Part shown: piece after piece, positions 12,157 through 24,200 of the stretch
How the letters are laid out: each line of letters begins with the position of its first letter
Numbering within the stretch: the first letter of the stretch is position 1
Source of the DNA: the human T2T-CHM13v2.0 reference genome, Homo sapiens
DNA length: 64,000 nt
Assembly: GCF_009914755.1 (NCBI RefSeq)
Contig: NC_060935.1
Strand: one strand, 5' to 3'
Notes under the pieces: generated by a model
What the model was told of the DNA's origin: nothing
Seen by the model: the letters and a program-made list of their open reading frames with translations, nothing else
Databases searched by the model: none
Made by a program: the position numbers and the translations under genes

Positions 12157-12503
12157 ATTCAATTGCTTTTACTACCTAATATCATTTTAAACAAAGGAGA
12201 TAAGACACATGGCCTTGGGATGGGCCCTGGTAGTGAGAAAGCCACTTATTGGATTAATGTTATTTCTAAACAATGGCCCACCTGCATTGTACACATTCAA
12301 GGGAAAAAGTTTTGAGAGCCTAGTAGATACTGAGGCTGAAATTAATATTCCACATAACTCTTATAGTGCTCCCAGTCAGCATATGATGGAAAACATGGGG
12401 TTGGCTCCTGGGATCAGTCTTGGTCTAAAGGCATGAAAAGATTACTAAACCCTTCCCAGTTACTGTAAAATAAGACAGGGCTGGTTTAGATGATCATTTT
12501 TAG
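12157..12503 (+). pseudogene. pro: pro remnant: dUTPase C-terminus, protease N-terminus and G-patch
   Basis: IQLLLLP; KATYW..PTCIVHIQGKKF; LVDT(E)A active-site remnant; YSAPSQHMMENMGLAPGISLG G-patch. Confidence 0.82.
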
Positions 12504-15132
12504 TGGCAGCCACTGCCACACCTCCTGATCCTATCCCCTTACAATGAAAATCTGACACACCCATTTGGATTCAGTAGTGGCCACTTTCTAAGCAAAAACT
12601 GGAGGCTTTAACTCACTTGGTTTCTGAACAGCTACAACTTGGAAATGTGGAACCTTCTCTTTCCCTCTAGAATTCTCCTGTGTTTCTAATGAAAAAGAAA
12701 TCAGCCAAGTGGCAGATGCTAACCAATTTAAGGGCCATTAATGCTGTAATTAAACCTATGGGGGCCATCCAACCTGTCATGCCTGCCTCTTCTTTAATAC
12801 CTAAATTTTGGCCTCTCATAGTTATTGATCTTAAAGATTTTTTCACATTGCTTTACATAAATAAGATTCTGAAAAAATTGCTTTTACTGTACCACCTGTC
12901 AATAATCAGGAGCCTGCAACTCGTTATCATGGAAAGTACTTCCTCAGGGAATGCTGAATAGCCCTACAATCTGCCAGCTTTATGTTGGACAGTGCTTTCA
13001 GCAGTTGAAGCCCAATTTCTCCAGGCGTATATTCTTCATTATATTGATGATATTTTAATTACTGCCCCCACTGATAAAGAATTAATTGACTGTTATCAAA
13101 TTTTGAGGCCCCATGTTACAGAGGCTGGATTACCCATCACTCACGATAAAATTCAACTGACCACTCCTGCTCAATATTTAGGAATGGTGGTTGATAAACA
13201 ACGTATTTAACCTCAAAAAGTTCATATTAGGAGAGATTCCTTAAAAACTTTAAAAGACTTCCAAAAACTTTTGGGTAACATTAATTATTTAAGACCTATT
13301 TTAGGTATTCTGACCTATGCACTGTCTAACTTGTTTTCTACCCTGTGGGGAGATTCCAACCTCTGCAGTCCCAGGACTTTGACACCTGAGGCTTCACTAG
13401 AACTGGAATTCTTAGAGGAAAGAATCCAGGCCACCCAGTTATCTAGAGTACAGCCACTTCAGCCTTTTCAGCTTCTGGTTTTCCCTTCATTACATTCCCC
13501 TACTGGACTAATAGTTCAAAATAATGCTTTAGTGGAGTGGTGTTTTCTTCCTCATTCTGTGTCAAAAATTTTGTTTATCTCGACCAAATAGCCATCTTAA
13601 TTGGACAGACTTAGTGTAGAATACTTCAAATTTCCAGATTTGATCCGAATTTAATGGTAGTTCCTTTAAATCAGCTCAAAGTTCAAGCCGCTTTTCAACA
13701 TTCCATAGTGTGGAAAATTCACTTGGCTGATTTCTTTGGTGTTATTGACAATCATTATCCAAAGAACAAATTGTTTGAGTTTATGAAAATGACGTCTTGG
13801 GTTGTCCCTCAATTAACCAAAGATCAGCCCATTCCTGAGGCAGTTACAGTGTTCACTGATGGCTCTAGTACTGGCAATGCTGGTTATGTAGATCCTACAG
13901 ACAAGCTTATTTCTGCCTCTTATACATCTGCTCAAAAGGCAGAGTTAATTGCTGTGATTACTGCCTTACAGGATTTCCCCCAAACCTATAAATATTGTAT
14001 CTGACTCTGCTTATGTTGTACATGCCACTAAAAATATAGAAACTGCTACTATCAAATATGTTGATAATTCTGAACTGGTTTCTTTATTTTCAAGGTTACA
14101 ACAGGCGGTTCACCAACCTAGATACCCTTTCTATATTACATATATTAGATCTCATACCACTTTACCAGGACTCATGTCTGCTGGTAACCATAAAGTTGAC
14201 TGTTTGGTCTCTTTTGCAACCCAAGAAGCTAAGGAGTTCCATAATCTCACTCATGTCAATGCTGCTGGATTAAAAGATAAATTTGCTCTTACCTGGAAAC
14301 AGGCTAAGTTTATTGTTCACAGCTGCCCTCAGTGTCAGGTCTTTGTACTTCCAAATCAGGAACCTGACATTAATCCCAGAGGCCTAACTCCTAATGGTTT
14401 ACAGCAAATGGATGTGACTCATGTTAGCTCCTTTGGCAGACTGTCATATGTGCATGTTTCTGTAGCTACCTTCTCAGGTTTCATCTGGGCTACTTATCAA
14501 ACAGGGGAAGGCATGGCCCATGTTAAAAAAATCTGTTTTCTTCTGTTGCAGTTATTGGGCTTCCATATCAAATAAAGACAGACAAGGTCCCTGGATATGT
14601 TAGTAAGGCTTTTGATTTATTTATGCAACAGTGGGGAATTTCCCATATTACTGGAATCCCTTATAATCCTCAGTGACAAGCTGTGGTGGAATGGGCCAAT
14701 CACACTTTAAAAACCCAATTGTCCAAACAGTCTGAACAACAAAAACATAATTTAACTAACCCCCACTCCCAATTACATTTAGCATTGTTTACTTTAAATT
14801 TTTTAAATGTTCCTAAAGATAATAATCTAACTGCAGCCAAACGCCATTATACAGGCAAAAAATTCTCCCTAAACAAAGGCAACCCAGTGTTATGGAAAAA
14901 CTCCCAAACTAATACTTGGGAACCTGGCACAATTATAACGTGGGGAAGAGGCTATACTTTTGTTTCACCAGGAGATCATCAATCCCCTTTCTGGGTACCC
15001 ACCAGGAGCCTCAAGCTTCGGGTGTATACTGACAATGAAAACCACAGGGAAAAGACGTCCATGTCAGAGACTGCCCTCAGACATGGTGAGATCTGTGACG
15101 ACTCCTCAGAAGCAGGCACACCAAATCACTGA
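12498..15132 (+). pseudogene. pol: pol (RT, RNase H, integrase), disrupted
   Basis: [28 protein letters not shown] (13040-13051), VFTDGSS, SAQKAELIA, HNLTH..CPQC zinc finger, QMDVTH, WGRGY. Confidence 0.95.
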
Positions 15133-15311
15133 TTCAATCCTCCCTGATGTCAATGTAGACCCATCTAACTAATCCCACTTCTCCTGATTACCTTTTCTTT
15201 TCTTCTTACAAACCTAAAAATCTCACCATTTCTATTGGCCTGAAAATAACATCCCTCTGTTCTTCTCTTCCTCCTTTAGCATTCAATCTCACTTACAATG
15301 GGTTTTATTTA

Positions 15312-17133
15312 ATGATTCTCCTCCTTATACTTTCTATCTTACCAGTTTCCTCTCACAATGGTTTACCTGCTACACAAAATTATTCTTTTTGGGCTTATGT
15401 GCCTTTTCCTCCACTTATTCGACCTCTCACCTGGATAGATACTCCTGCAGAAATCTACACTAGTGATAGTGTGTGGATGCCTGGAGCTACAGATGACTTT
15501 TGCCCTGCTCAACCAGGAGAAGAAAGTACTGCATTTAATATTACCATGGGTTATAAATACCCCACTCTGTGCCTCAGACATGCACCTGGTTGTATCCATC
15601 TAGAAACTCAAGTCTGGGCTGTTTATCTTCTGGAGAGATCAGCTAGAGGAACCAGGACCTTTGGTCTCTAGCCTCTCCCTTTCTCCTTTAATACAAACGA
15701 AAGGGGGATTAATGGGAGATACCCCATACTTTCAATATAAACCTGTAGGAAAACCATGCCCTAAAAATTTTGAGGGCCCATCTAAAACCTTAATTTGAGA
15801 AGATTGTGTTAACTCACATGCGGTAATATTAAAAAATGACTCATATGGTTCAGTAATAGGCTGGGCACCAAAGGGCTATTTAAAAAACAATTGCTTCTCT
15901 GGCAGAAAGGAATGCCTGTAGGCTACTTATTTTATTTCTTAACAGGAGAACTAGAATCATCATTCTACTTTGCATAGGAGGTGTAGTTAATTCTTTCCCT
16001 TAAAATGGGAAGATAAAGTCATTACCCCCCTGAGGCCTTGTATGATACTCCCCATTCTGAGCCCAGAACACCCAGAACTTTGGAAATTGGCTATTGCCAT
16101 GTCTGGACTGCGAATTTGGGAAGGGGAAACTATTCTGCTATTCTGTCTGTTGTCCCCACTACTGTCCCCCTCTCTCAGTATCAATATAGATCCAGACATT
16201 CTACTTTACTTACCTCCAACCTGACTGTTCCCATACAAAGTTGTGTTAAGCCTCCTTACATACTGTTAGTGGGAAACATCAAAATTTGGACAAACAATCA
16301 AACTGTCCAATGCATTAATTGTCATTTATACACTTGTATTAACTACCATTTTGACTCCAGGAAAAGTGTAATGTTGGTTAGAGCTAGAGAAGGAATCCGG
16401 ATTCTGGTAAGTTTGCTTAGACTTAGGAATCCTCTCCCACAACACATTTAATTAATGAAGTGTTACAGTGAATTCTAAAAAGATCTAAGAGATTTGTTTT
16501 CACTTTAATCACTGTGATCATGGGCCTAATTATAGTCACTGCAATGACCACCACTGCCAGAATAGTGTTACATCAATCTATTCAAACAGCTCATTTTGTT
16601 AATGATTGGCAAGCCAATTCCACCCAAATGTGGAATTCTCAACAAGGCATTGATCAAAAATTGGCTAATCAAATTAATGATTTAAGACAGTCTGTTATTT
16701 GGCTTGTAGATCGGGTAGTGAGTCTTGAACATAGCATGAAAATGCAGTGCGATTGGAAAACACTGGATTTCTGTATCACCCCATATTCCTATAATGAGAC
16801 TGATCATTCATGGAAAATGGTCAAAGGACAACTTCTGGGTAGGGAAGATAATTTATCACTGGACATAACTAAATTAAAGAAACAAATTTTTGGAGGCTCT
16901 CAAGCTCACTATTCCATTGTGCCTGGAGCTGAGGCATTAGATCAGGTGGCAGATAATCTTTATGGAATAAACCCCACGACTTGGATTAAGTCTATTTGGG
17001 GCTCCACTGTAGTAACTTTTGGAATTATGTTTCTCTGTTTAATCAGCTTGTTTTAGTGTGCTGGACCAGTCAAAGAATTCTGCATCAAAATCGATAGAAT
17101 GAACGAGCCTTCATTGCCATGGCACATTTATAT
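15312..17133 (+). pseudogene. env: env (SU/TM), disrupted; true start probably further upstream
   Basis: Hydrophobic signal segment, WAYVPFPPLIRP, CVKPPY, furin site RSKR/FVF at 16481, [24 protein letters not shown], transmembrane segment. Confidence 0.93.
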
Positions 17134-17150
17134 AAAAAGAAAGGGAGAGA
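17134..17150 (+). other. Polypurine tract (plus-strand primer)
   Basis: AAAAAGAAAGGGAGAGA immediately before the TG start of the LTR. Confidence 0.92.
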
Positions 17151-18208
17151 TGTTGTGGGAATTAAGGGACACCGAGTGGAGGGACCAGCGGAAGCCATGG
17201 CAGAAGAACTTAAATTGTGAAGATTCCATGGACAGATTTTAGTTCCCCAAATTAATACTTTTATAATTTTTTATGCCTGTCTTTACTGCAATCGCTGAAC
17301 ATAAATTGTGAAGATTTCATGGACACTTATCACTTCCCCAATCAGTACTCTTGTGATTTCCCATGCCTGTCTTTACTTTAATCTCTTAATTCTGTCATCT
17401 TCATAAGCTGAGGGTGAATGTTGCCTCAGAACCATGTGATGATTGCGTTAACTGCAAAAATTGTTTAAACAATATGAAATCTGGGCACCTTAAAAAAAGA
17501 ACAGGATAACAGCGATGTTCAGGGAAAAGGGAGATAACCTTAAAGTCAGGCTGCCTGTGGGCTGGGTGGAACAGAGCCATAGTTCTCTTCCTTCAGAAGC
17601 AAATAGCAAAAATATCACTGAATACTTTTTCTAGCAAGGAACATGCCTGAGAAAGAGAATGTGTTCCCAAGGGGAGGACTCTGAAATGGCCACTTTGGGA
17701 ACGTCTGTCTTTTATGGTTGTACATTAGGGATGAAATAAACCCCAGTCTCCCATAGTGCTGCCAGGCTTATTAGGATGAGGAACTTCCCGCCTAATAAAT
17801 TTTGGTCAGACCAGTTGTCTGCCCTCAAACCCTGTGTCCTGATAAGATGTTTTCAATGACAATGCGTGCCCAAAACTTCATTAGCAATTTTAATTTCACC
17901 CTGGTCCTGTGATCTTGCACTGCCTCCATTTGCCTTGTGATATTTTATTACCATGTGTAGCTTGTGATCTCTGTGACCCACATGCTATTTGTACACTCCC
18001 TCCCTTTTTGAAAATCACTAATAAAAACTTGCTGGTTTTGCAGCTCAGGGAGCATCACAGAATCTGCCAACATGTGATGTCTCCCCCAGCAACCCAACTT
18101 TAAAATTTCTCTCTTTTGTATTCTTTCCCTTTATTTCTCAGACAAGCTGACACTTAGGGAAAATAGAAAAGGACCCACGTGAATATCAGGGACTGGTTTC
18201 CCCCAATA
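17151..18208 (+). repeat. 3' LTR, complete (~1058 bp), MER11B/C-like
   Basis: TGTTGTGGGA start. Internal ~91-bp repeat (TAAATTGTGAAGATT at 17211 and 17302). AATAAA at 18020-18025. Ends CCCCAATA, then satellite TGCATTCATCTC. Confidence 0.93.
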
Positions 18209-21200
18209 TGCATTCATCTCACAGAATTAAACCTTACTTTTCATTCAGCAGTTTGGAAACAGTGGTTTTGTAGAATCTGTGAAAGCATATTTTAGAATGC
18301 CTTTAGGCCTATGGTGAAAAAGAAAATATCTTCAGATAAAAACCAGAAAGAAGCTTTCTCAGAAACTGCTTTGTGATGTGTGCATGTCTGTCACAAAGTT
18401 AAACCTTTCTTTTGATTCAGCAGTTTGAAAACACTGATTTTGCAGAATCTGAGAAGGGATACTTGGGAGTGCATGGAGGCCATGGTGAAAAAGAAATTAT
18501 ATTCAGTTAAAAACTAGAAATATCCTTTCTGAGAAACTGCTTTGTGATGTGTGCATTCATCTCACAGAGTTAAACCTTTATTTGGATTCAGCAGTTTGGA
18601 AACACTCTTTTTGTCCATTCTGCGAATGGACATTTGGGAGCACTTTGAGGCCAATGGCAAAAAAGCTAATATCCCAGGATAAACACTAAAAGGAAACTAT
18701 CTGAGAAACTACTTTGAGATGTGTGCATTCATCTCACAGAGTTAAACCTTTCTTTTCATTCACCAGCTTGGAAATAGAGTTTTGATAGAATCTGCAAAGG
18801 GATATTTGGGAATGCATTATGCCTATGGTGAAAAATAATATATTTTCAGGTAATAACAAGAAAGATGTTTACTGAGAAACTGCTTTGTGATGTGTGCTTT
18901 CATCTCACAGAGTTAAACAATTCTTTTGATTCAGCCAAGTGAAAACACCATTTTTGTAGAATCTGTGAAGGGGCATTTGCAAGCACATTTAAACCTTTTG
19001 TGAAAAATAAAATATATTCTGATAAAAACTGGAAAGAAACTTTCTGAGAAACGGCTTTGTGATGTGTGCATTCATCTCACAGAGTTAAATCTTTCTTTGG
19101 ATTCAGCAGTTTGGAAAAACTGTTTTTGTCCATTTTGTGAAAGGACATTTGGAACTCATTGACGAAATGGAGAAAAAGCAAATATCCCATGGTAAAAGCT
19201 AGAAGAAAACTATCTGAGAAACTGCTTTGTGATGTGTGCATTTATCTGACAGAGTTAAACCTTTCTCTTCATTCAGCAGTTTAGAAACACTGTTTTTGTA
19301 CAATGTGGGAAGGGACAGTTGGGAATGCATTGAGGTCAACGGTGAAAAAGAAAATTTCTTCAGATAAAAAATAGAAAGAAGCATTCTGAGAAACTGCTTT
19401 GTGATGTGTGCTTTCATCTGACAGAGTGAAACCTTTCTTTTGATTCAGCAGTTTGGAAACACGGTTTTTGTAGAATCTCCAAAGGTGAATTTGGCAGGTC
19501 ATTCACACCAATGGCAAAAAAGGGAATATCCTGAGATATAAACTATAACAAAACTGTCTGACAAACTGCATTGTAATGTGTGCATTCATCTCACAGAGTT
19601 AAAGCTTTCTTTTGTTTCAGTAGTTTGGAAACACTGTTTTTGTACATTCTGTGAATGGACATTTGGGAGCGTGTTGAGGCCTACAATGAGAAGGAAGATA
19701 ACTTCTGATAAAACTAGAAAGAAGCTTTCTGAGAAAGTGTTTTCTGATGTGTGCATTCAACTCACAGGTTTTAAACTTTCTCTTGATTCAGCAATAAGGA
19801 AAAGCTGATTTTGTAGAATCTCCAAAGGGATATTTGGGAGCGCATTGTGGCCCATGGTGAAAAAGAAAATATCTTCAGATAAAAACTACAGAGAAGTTTT
19901 CTGAGAAACTGCTTTGTCATGCGTGTATTCATCTCTCAGTTTTAAACCTTTTTTGATTCAGCATTTTGGAAACACTTCTTTTGTCCATTCTGCGAATGGA
20001 CATTTGAAAGAGCATTGAGGACATTGGCCAAAAAGTGAATATCCCAGGATAAAAACAAAAGTAATCTATCAGAGAAAATGCTTTGTTATGTGTGCATTCC
20101 TCTTGCGGAGTTAAACCTTTTTTTTCATTCAGCAGGGTGGAAACACTGTTTTTCTAGATTCTGTGAAAGGATAATTTTGAGTGCATTGAGGCCTATCTTG
20201 AAAAAGGAAGTAGCTTCAGGTAATGCTAGAAAGAAGCTTTCTGAAGAACTGTTTTGTGATGTGTGCCTTCATCTCACAGATTTAAAACTTTCTTTTTATT
20301 CAGCAGTTTGGAAACACTATTTTTATTCATTGTTGGAAAGGACAACTGGGAACTCATTGAGGCCAAATGCGAAAAAGAGAACATCCATGGAAAAAAACTA
20401 GAAGGAAGCTATCTGAGAAACCACTTTGTAATGTGTGCAATCATCTCACAGAATGAAACCTTTCTTGTCATTCAGCAGTTTGGAAAAAATGTTTTTGAAG
20501 AATCTGTGAATGGACATTTGGGAGTGCATTGAAACCTATGGTGAAAAAGAAAGTATCTTTTGATAAAAACTAGAAAGAAGCCTTCTGAGAAACTGATCTG
20601 TGATGTGTGCATTCCTCTCACTTAGTTAAAACACACTTTTATTCAGCTATTTGGAAACACTGTTTTTGTAGAATTTGTGAAGGGATATTTGAGAGTGCAT
20701 TGAGGGCTATGGTGAAAAATAAAATATCTTTAGATAAAAACAAGAAAGAAGCTTTCTGAGAAACTGCTTTGTGAAGTGTGCACTCACCTCACCGAGTTAA
20801 ACCTTTCTTTGGATTCAGCAGTTTGGAAACAATGTTTTTGTCCATCCTCCAAAAAGACATTTGGGAGCTCGTTGAGGACAAAGGCAAAAAAGCAAATATC
20901 CCAGTGTAAAAACTAGAAAGAAGCTATCTGAGAAACTGCCTGGTCATGTGTGCATTCATCTCACAGATTTAACGTTACTTTTCTTTCAGCAGTTTTGAAA
21001 CACCATTTTTGTAGAATCTGTGAAGGGATTTTTGGGAGCACATTGAGGCCTATGGTGAAAAAGCAAATATCTCCTGATAAAAACCATAAAGAAAGTTTCT
21101 AAATAAATGCTTTGTGATGTGTGCATTCATCCCAAAAATAAACATTTCTTTTTATTCAGCAGTTTGGAAACACTGTTTTTGTCCATTATATGAACAGGTA

Positions 21201-24200
21201 TTTGGGAGCTCATTCTAGCCAATGGCAACAAAGTGAATATCCCTGGATAAAACCTAGAAGGAAGCTATCTGAGAAACCGTTTTGTGATGCGGGCATTCAC
21301 CCCACAGAGTGAAATCATTCTTTTCATTCAGCAGTTTGGAAACACTGTTTTTGTAGGATCTGTGAAGTGATATTTTGTAGCTCACTGATGCTTATGGTGA
21401 AAAAGAAAATATCTCCTGATAAAAACTAGAAAGAAGCCTTCTGAGAAACTGATCTGTGATGTGCGCATTCATCTCACTTAGTTAAAACACACTTTTATTC
21501 AGCTGTTTGGAAACACTGTTTTTGTAGAATTTGTGAAGGGATATTTGAGAGTGCATTGAGGGCTATGGTGAAAAATAAAATATCTGTAGATAAAAACAAG
21601 AAAGAAGCTTTCTGAGAAACTGCTTTGTGACGTGTGCACTCACCTCACCGAGTTAAACCTTTCTTTGGATTCAGCAGTTTGGAAACAATGTTTTTGTCCA
21701 TCCTCCAAAAAGACATTTGGGAGCTCATTGAGGACAAAGGCAAAAAAGCAAATATCCCAGTGTAAAAACTAGAAGGAAGCTATCTGAGAAACTGCCTGGT
21801 CATGTGTGCATTCATCTCACAGAGTTAAATGTTACTTTTCTTTCAGCAGTTTTGAAACACCATTTTTGTAGAATTTGTGAAGGGATTTTTGGGAGCACAT
21901 TGAGGCCTATGGTGAAAAAGCAAATATCTCCTGATAAAAACCATAAAGAAAGTTTCTAAATAAATGCTTTTTGATGTGTGCATTCATCCCAAAAATAAAC
22001 CTTTCTTTTTATTCAGCAGATTGGAAACACTGTTTTTGTCCATTATATGAACAGGCATTTGGGAGTTCATTCAGGCCAATGGCAGCAAAGTGAATATCCC
22101 TGGATAAAACCTAGAAGGAAGCTATCTGAGAAACCGTTTTGTGATGTGTGCATTCATCCCACAGAGTGAAATCATTCTATTCATTCAGCAGTTTGGAAAC
22201 ACTCTTTTTGTAGGATCTGCGAAGTGATATTTTGTAGCTCACTGACGCTTATGGTGAAAAAGAAAATATCTCCCGATAAAAACTAGAAAGAAGCCTTCTG
22301 AGAAACTGCTTTGTGATGTGTACATTCATCTCACAGAGTTAAACCTTTTTTTGGATTCAGCAGTTTGGAAAAACTGTTTTTGTAGAATCTGCAAATGGAC
22401 ATTTTGGAGCACATAGAAACCTATGGTGAAAAAATATATCTTCAGATAAAAACTAGAAAGAAGCTTTCTGAGAAACTCCCTTGTGATGTGTGCATTCATC
22501 TCACAGAGTTAAACTTTTCTTTGGATTCAGCAGTTTGGAATCATCCTTTTTGTCCATTCTGCAAAAGGACATTTGGGAGCTCATTGAGGACAATCACAAA
22601 AAAGTAAATATCCCAGTGTAAAAACTAGAAGGAAGCTATCTGAGAAACTGCTTTGTGATGTGTGCATTCATCTCACAGAGTTAAACTTTCTCTTCATTCA
22701 GCAGTTTAGAAACTCTGTTTTTGTACAACATGGAAAGGGATACTTGAGAGAGCACTGAGGTCTATGGTGAAAAAGAAAATAACTTCAGGTAAAAACTAGA
22801 AAGGAGATCTCTGAGAAACTACACTGTGATGTGTGCATTCACCTGACAGAGTTAAACAATTTTTTTGATTCAGCAGTTTGGAAACATGGTTTTTGTAGAA
22901 TCTCATAAGCAATATTTAGTGACTCATTCAGGCCAAAGGTGAAAAAGAGAATATCCTGAGATATAAACTATAATGAAACTATTTGACAAACTGCATTGTG
23001 ATGTGTGCATTCATCTCAAAGAGTTAAAACTTTCTTTTGATTCAGTAATTTGGGAACACTGTTTTTGTACATTCTGTGAATGGACATTTGGGAGCATATT
23101 GAGGCCTACAATGAGAAAGAAAATAACTTCTGATAAAACTAGAAAGAAGGTTTCTGATAAAGTGCTTTCTGATGTGTGTGACAATCTGTGCAACTCACAG
23201 ATTTACAACTTTCTTTTGATTCAGCAGTTTGGAAACACTGAATTTGTAGAATCTTCAAAGGGATATTTGGGAGTGCATTGTGGCCCACGGTGAAAAAGAA
23301 ACTATCTTCAGTTAAAAACTAGAAAAAATCTTTCTGACAAACCTCTTTGAGGTGTGTGCATCCAACTCACAGAGTTAAATGTTTCTTTCAATGCAGCATT
23401 TGGAAACAGTGTGGTTCTCCATTCTATGAATGGACACTTGAGAGCTCATTGAGGACAAGGGCAAAAAAAAATCTAATATGCCTGGATAAAAACCAGAAGT
23501 AATTTACCTGAAAAACCACCTGGTCATGTGTGCATTCATCTCACAGAGTTAAACGTTACTTTTCTTTCAGCAGTTTTGAAACACCATTTTTGTAGAACCT
23601 GTGAAGGGATTTTTGGGAGCACACTGAGGCCTATGGTGAAAAAGCAAATATCTCCTGATAAAAACCGTAAAGAAGGTTTCTAATGAAATGCTTTGTGATA
23701 TGTGCATTCATCCCAAAATAAACGTTTCTTTTGAGTCAGCAGTTTGGAAACACTGTTTTTGTCCATTATATGAACAGGCATTTGGGAGCTCATTCAGGCC
23801 AATGGCAACAAAGTGAATATCCCTGGATAAAACCTAGAAGGAAGCTATCTGAGAAACCGTTTTTTGATGTGTGCATTCATCCCACAGAGTGAAATCATTC
23901 TTTTCATTCAGCAGTTTGGAAACACTGTTTTTGTAGAATATTAGAAGTGATATTTTGTAGCTCACTGATGCTTATGGTGAAAAAGAAAATATCTCCTGAT
24001 AAAAACTAGAAAGAAGCCTTCTGAGAAACTGCTTTGTAATGTGTGCATTAATCTCACAGAGTTAAACCTTTCTTTGGATTCAGCAGTTTGGAAAAACTGT
24101 TTTTGTAGAATCTGCGAATGGACATTTTGGAGCACATAGAAAAGTATGGTGAAAAAAATATATCTTCAGATAAAAACTAGAAAGAAGCTTTCTGAGAAAC

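Larger units (their letters stand above)
10717..18208 (+). mobile_element. Defective betaretrovirus-like endogenous provirus, HERV-K(HML-8)/HERVK11 with MER11 LTRs
   Basis: LTR-PBS(Lys)-gag-pro-pol-env-PPT-LTR order. The 3' LTR starts TGTTGTGGGAA..GGGAC and ends CCCCAATA, like MER11. HML-type RT (YIDD), integrase and Env motifs. Many stops and frameshifts. Confidence 0.92.

Noticed and set aside
17211-17390. Tandem ~91-bp repeat in the 3' LTR as a locus-specific novelty
   Set aside because: As far as I recall it is a normal feature of MER11B/C U3 regions.
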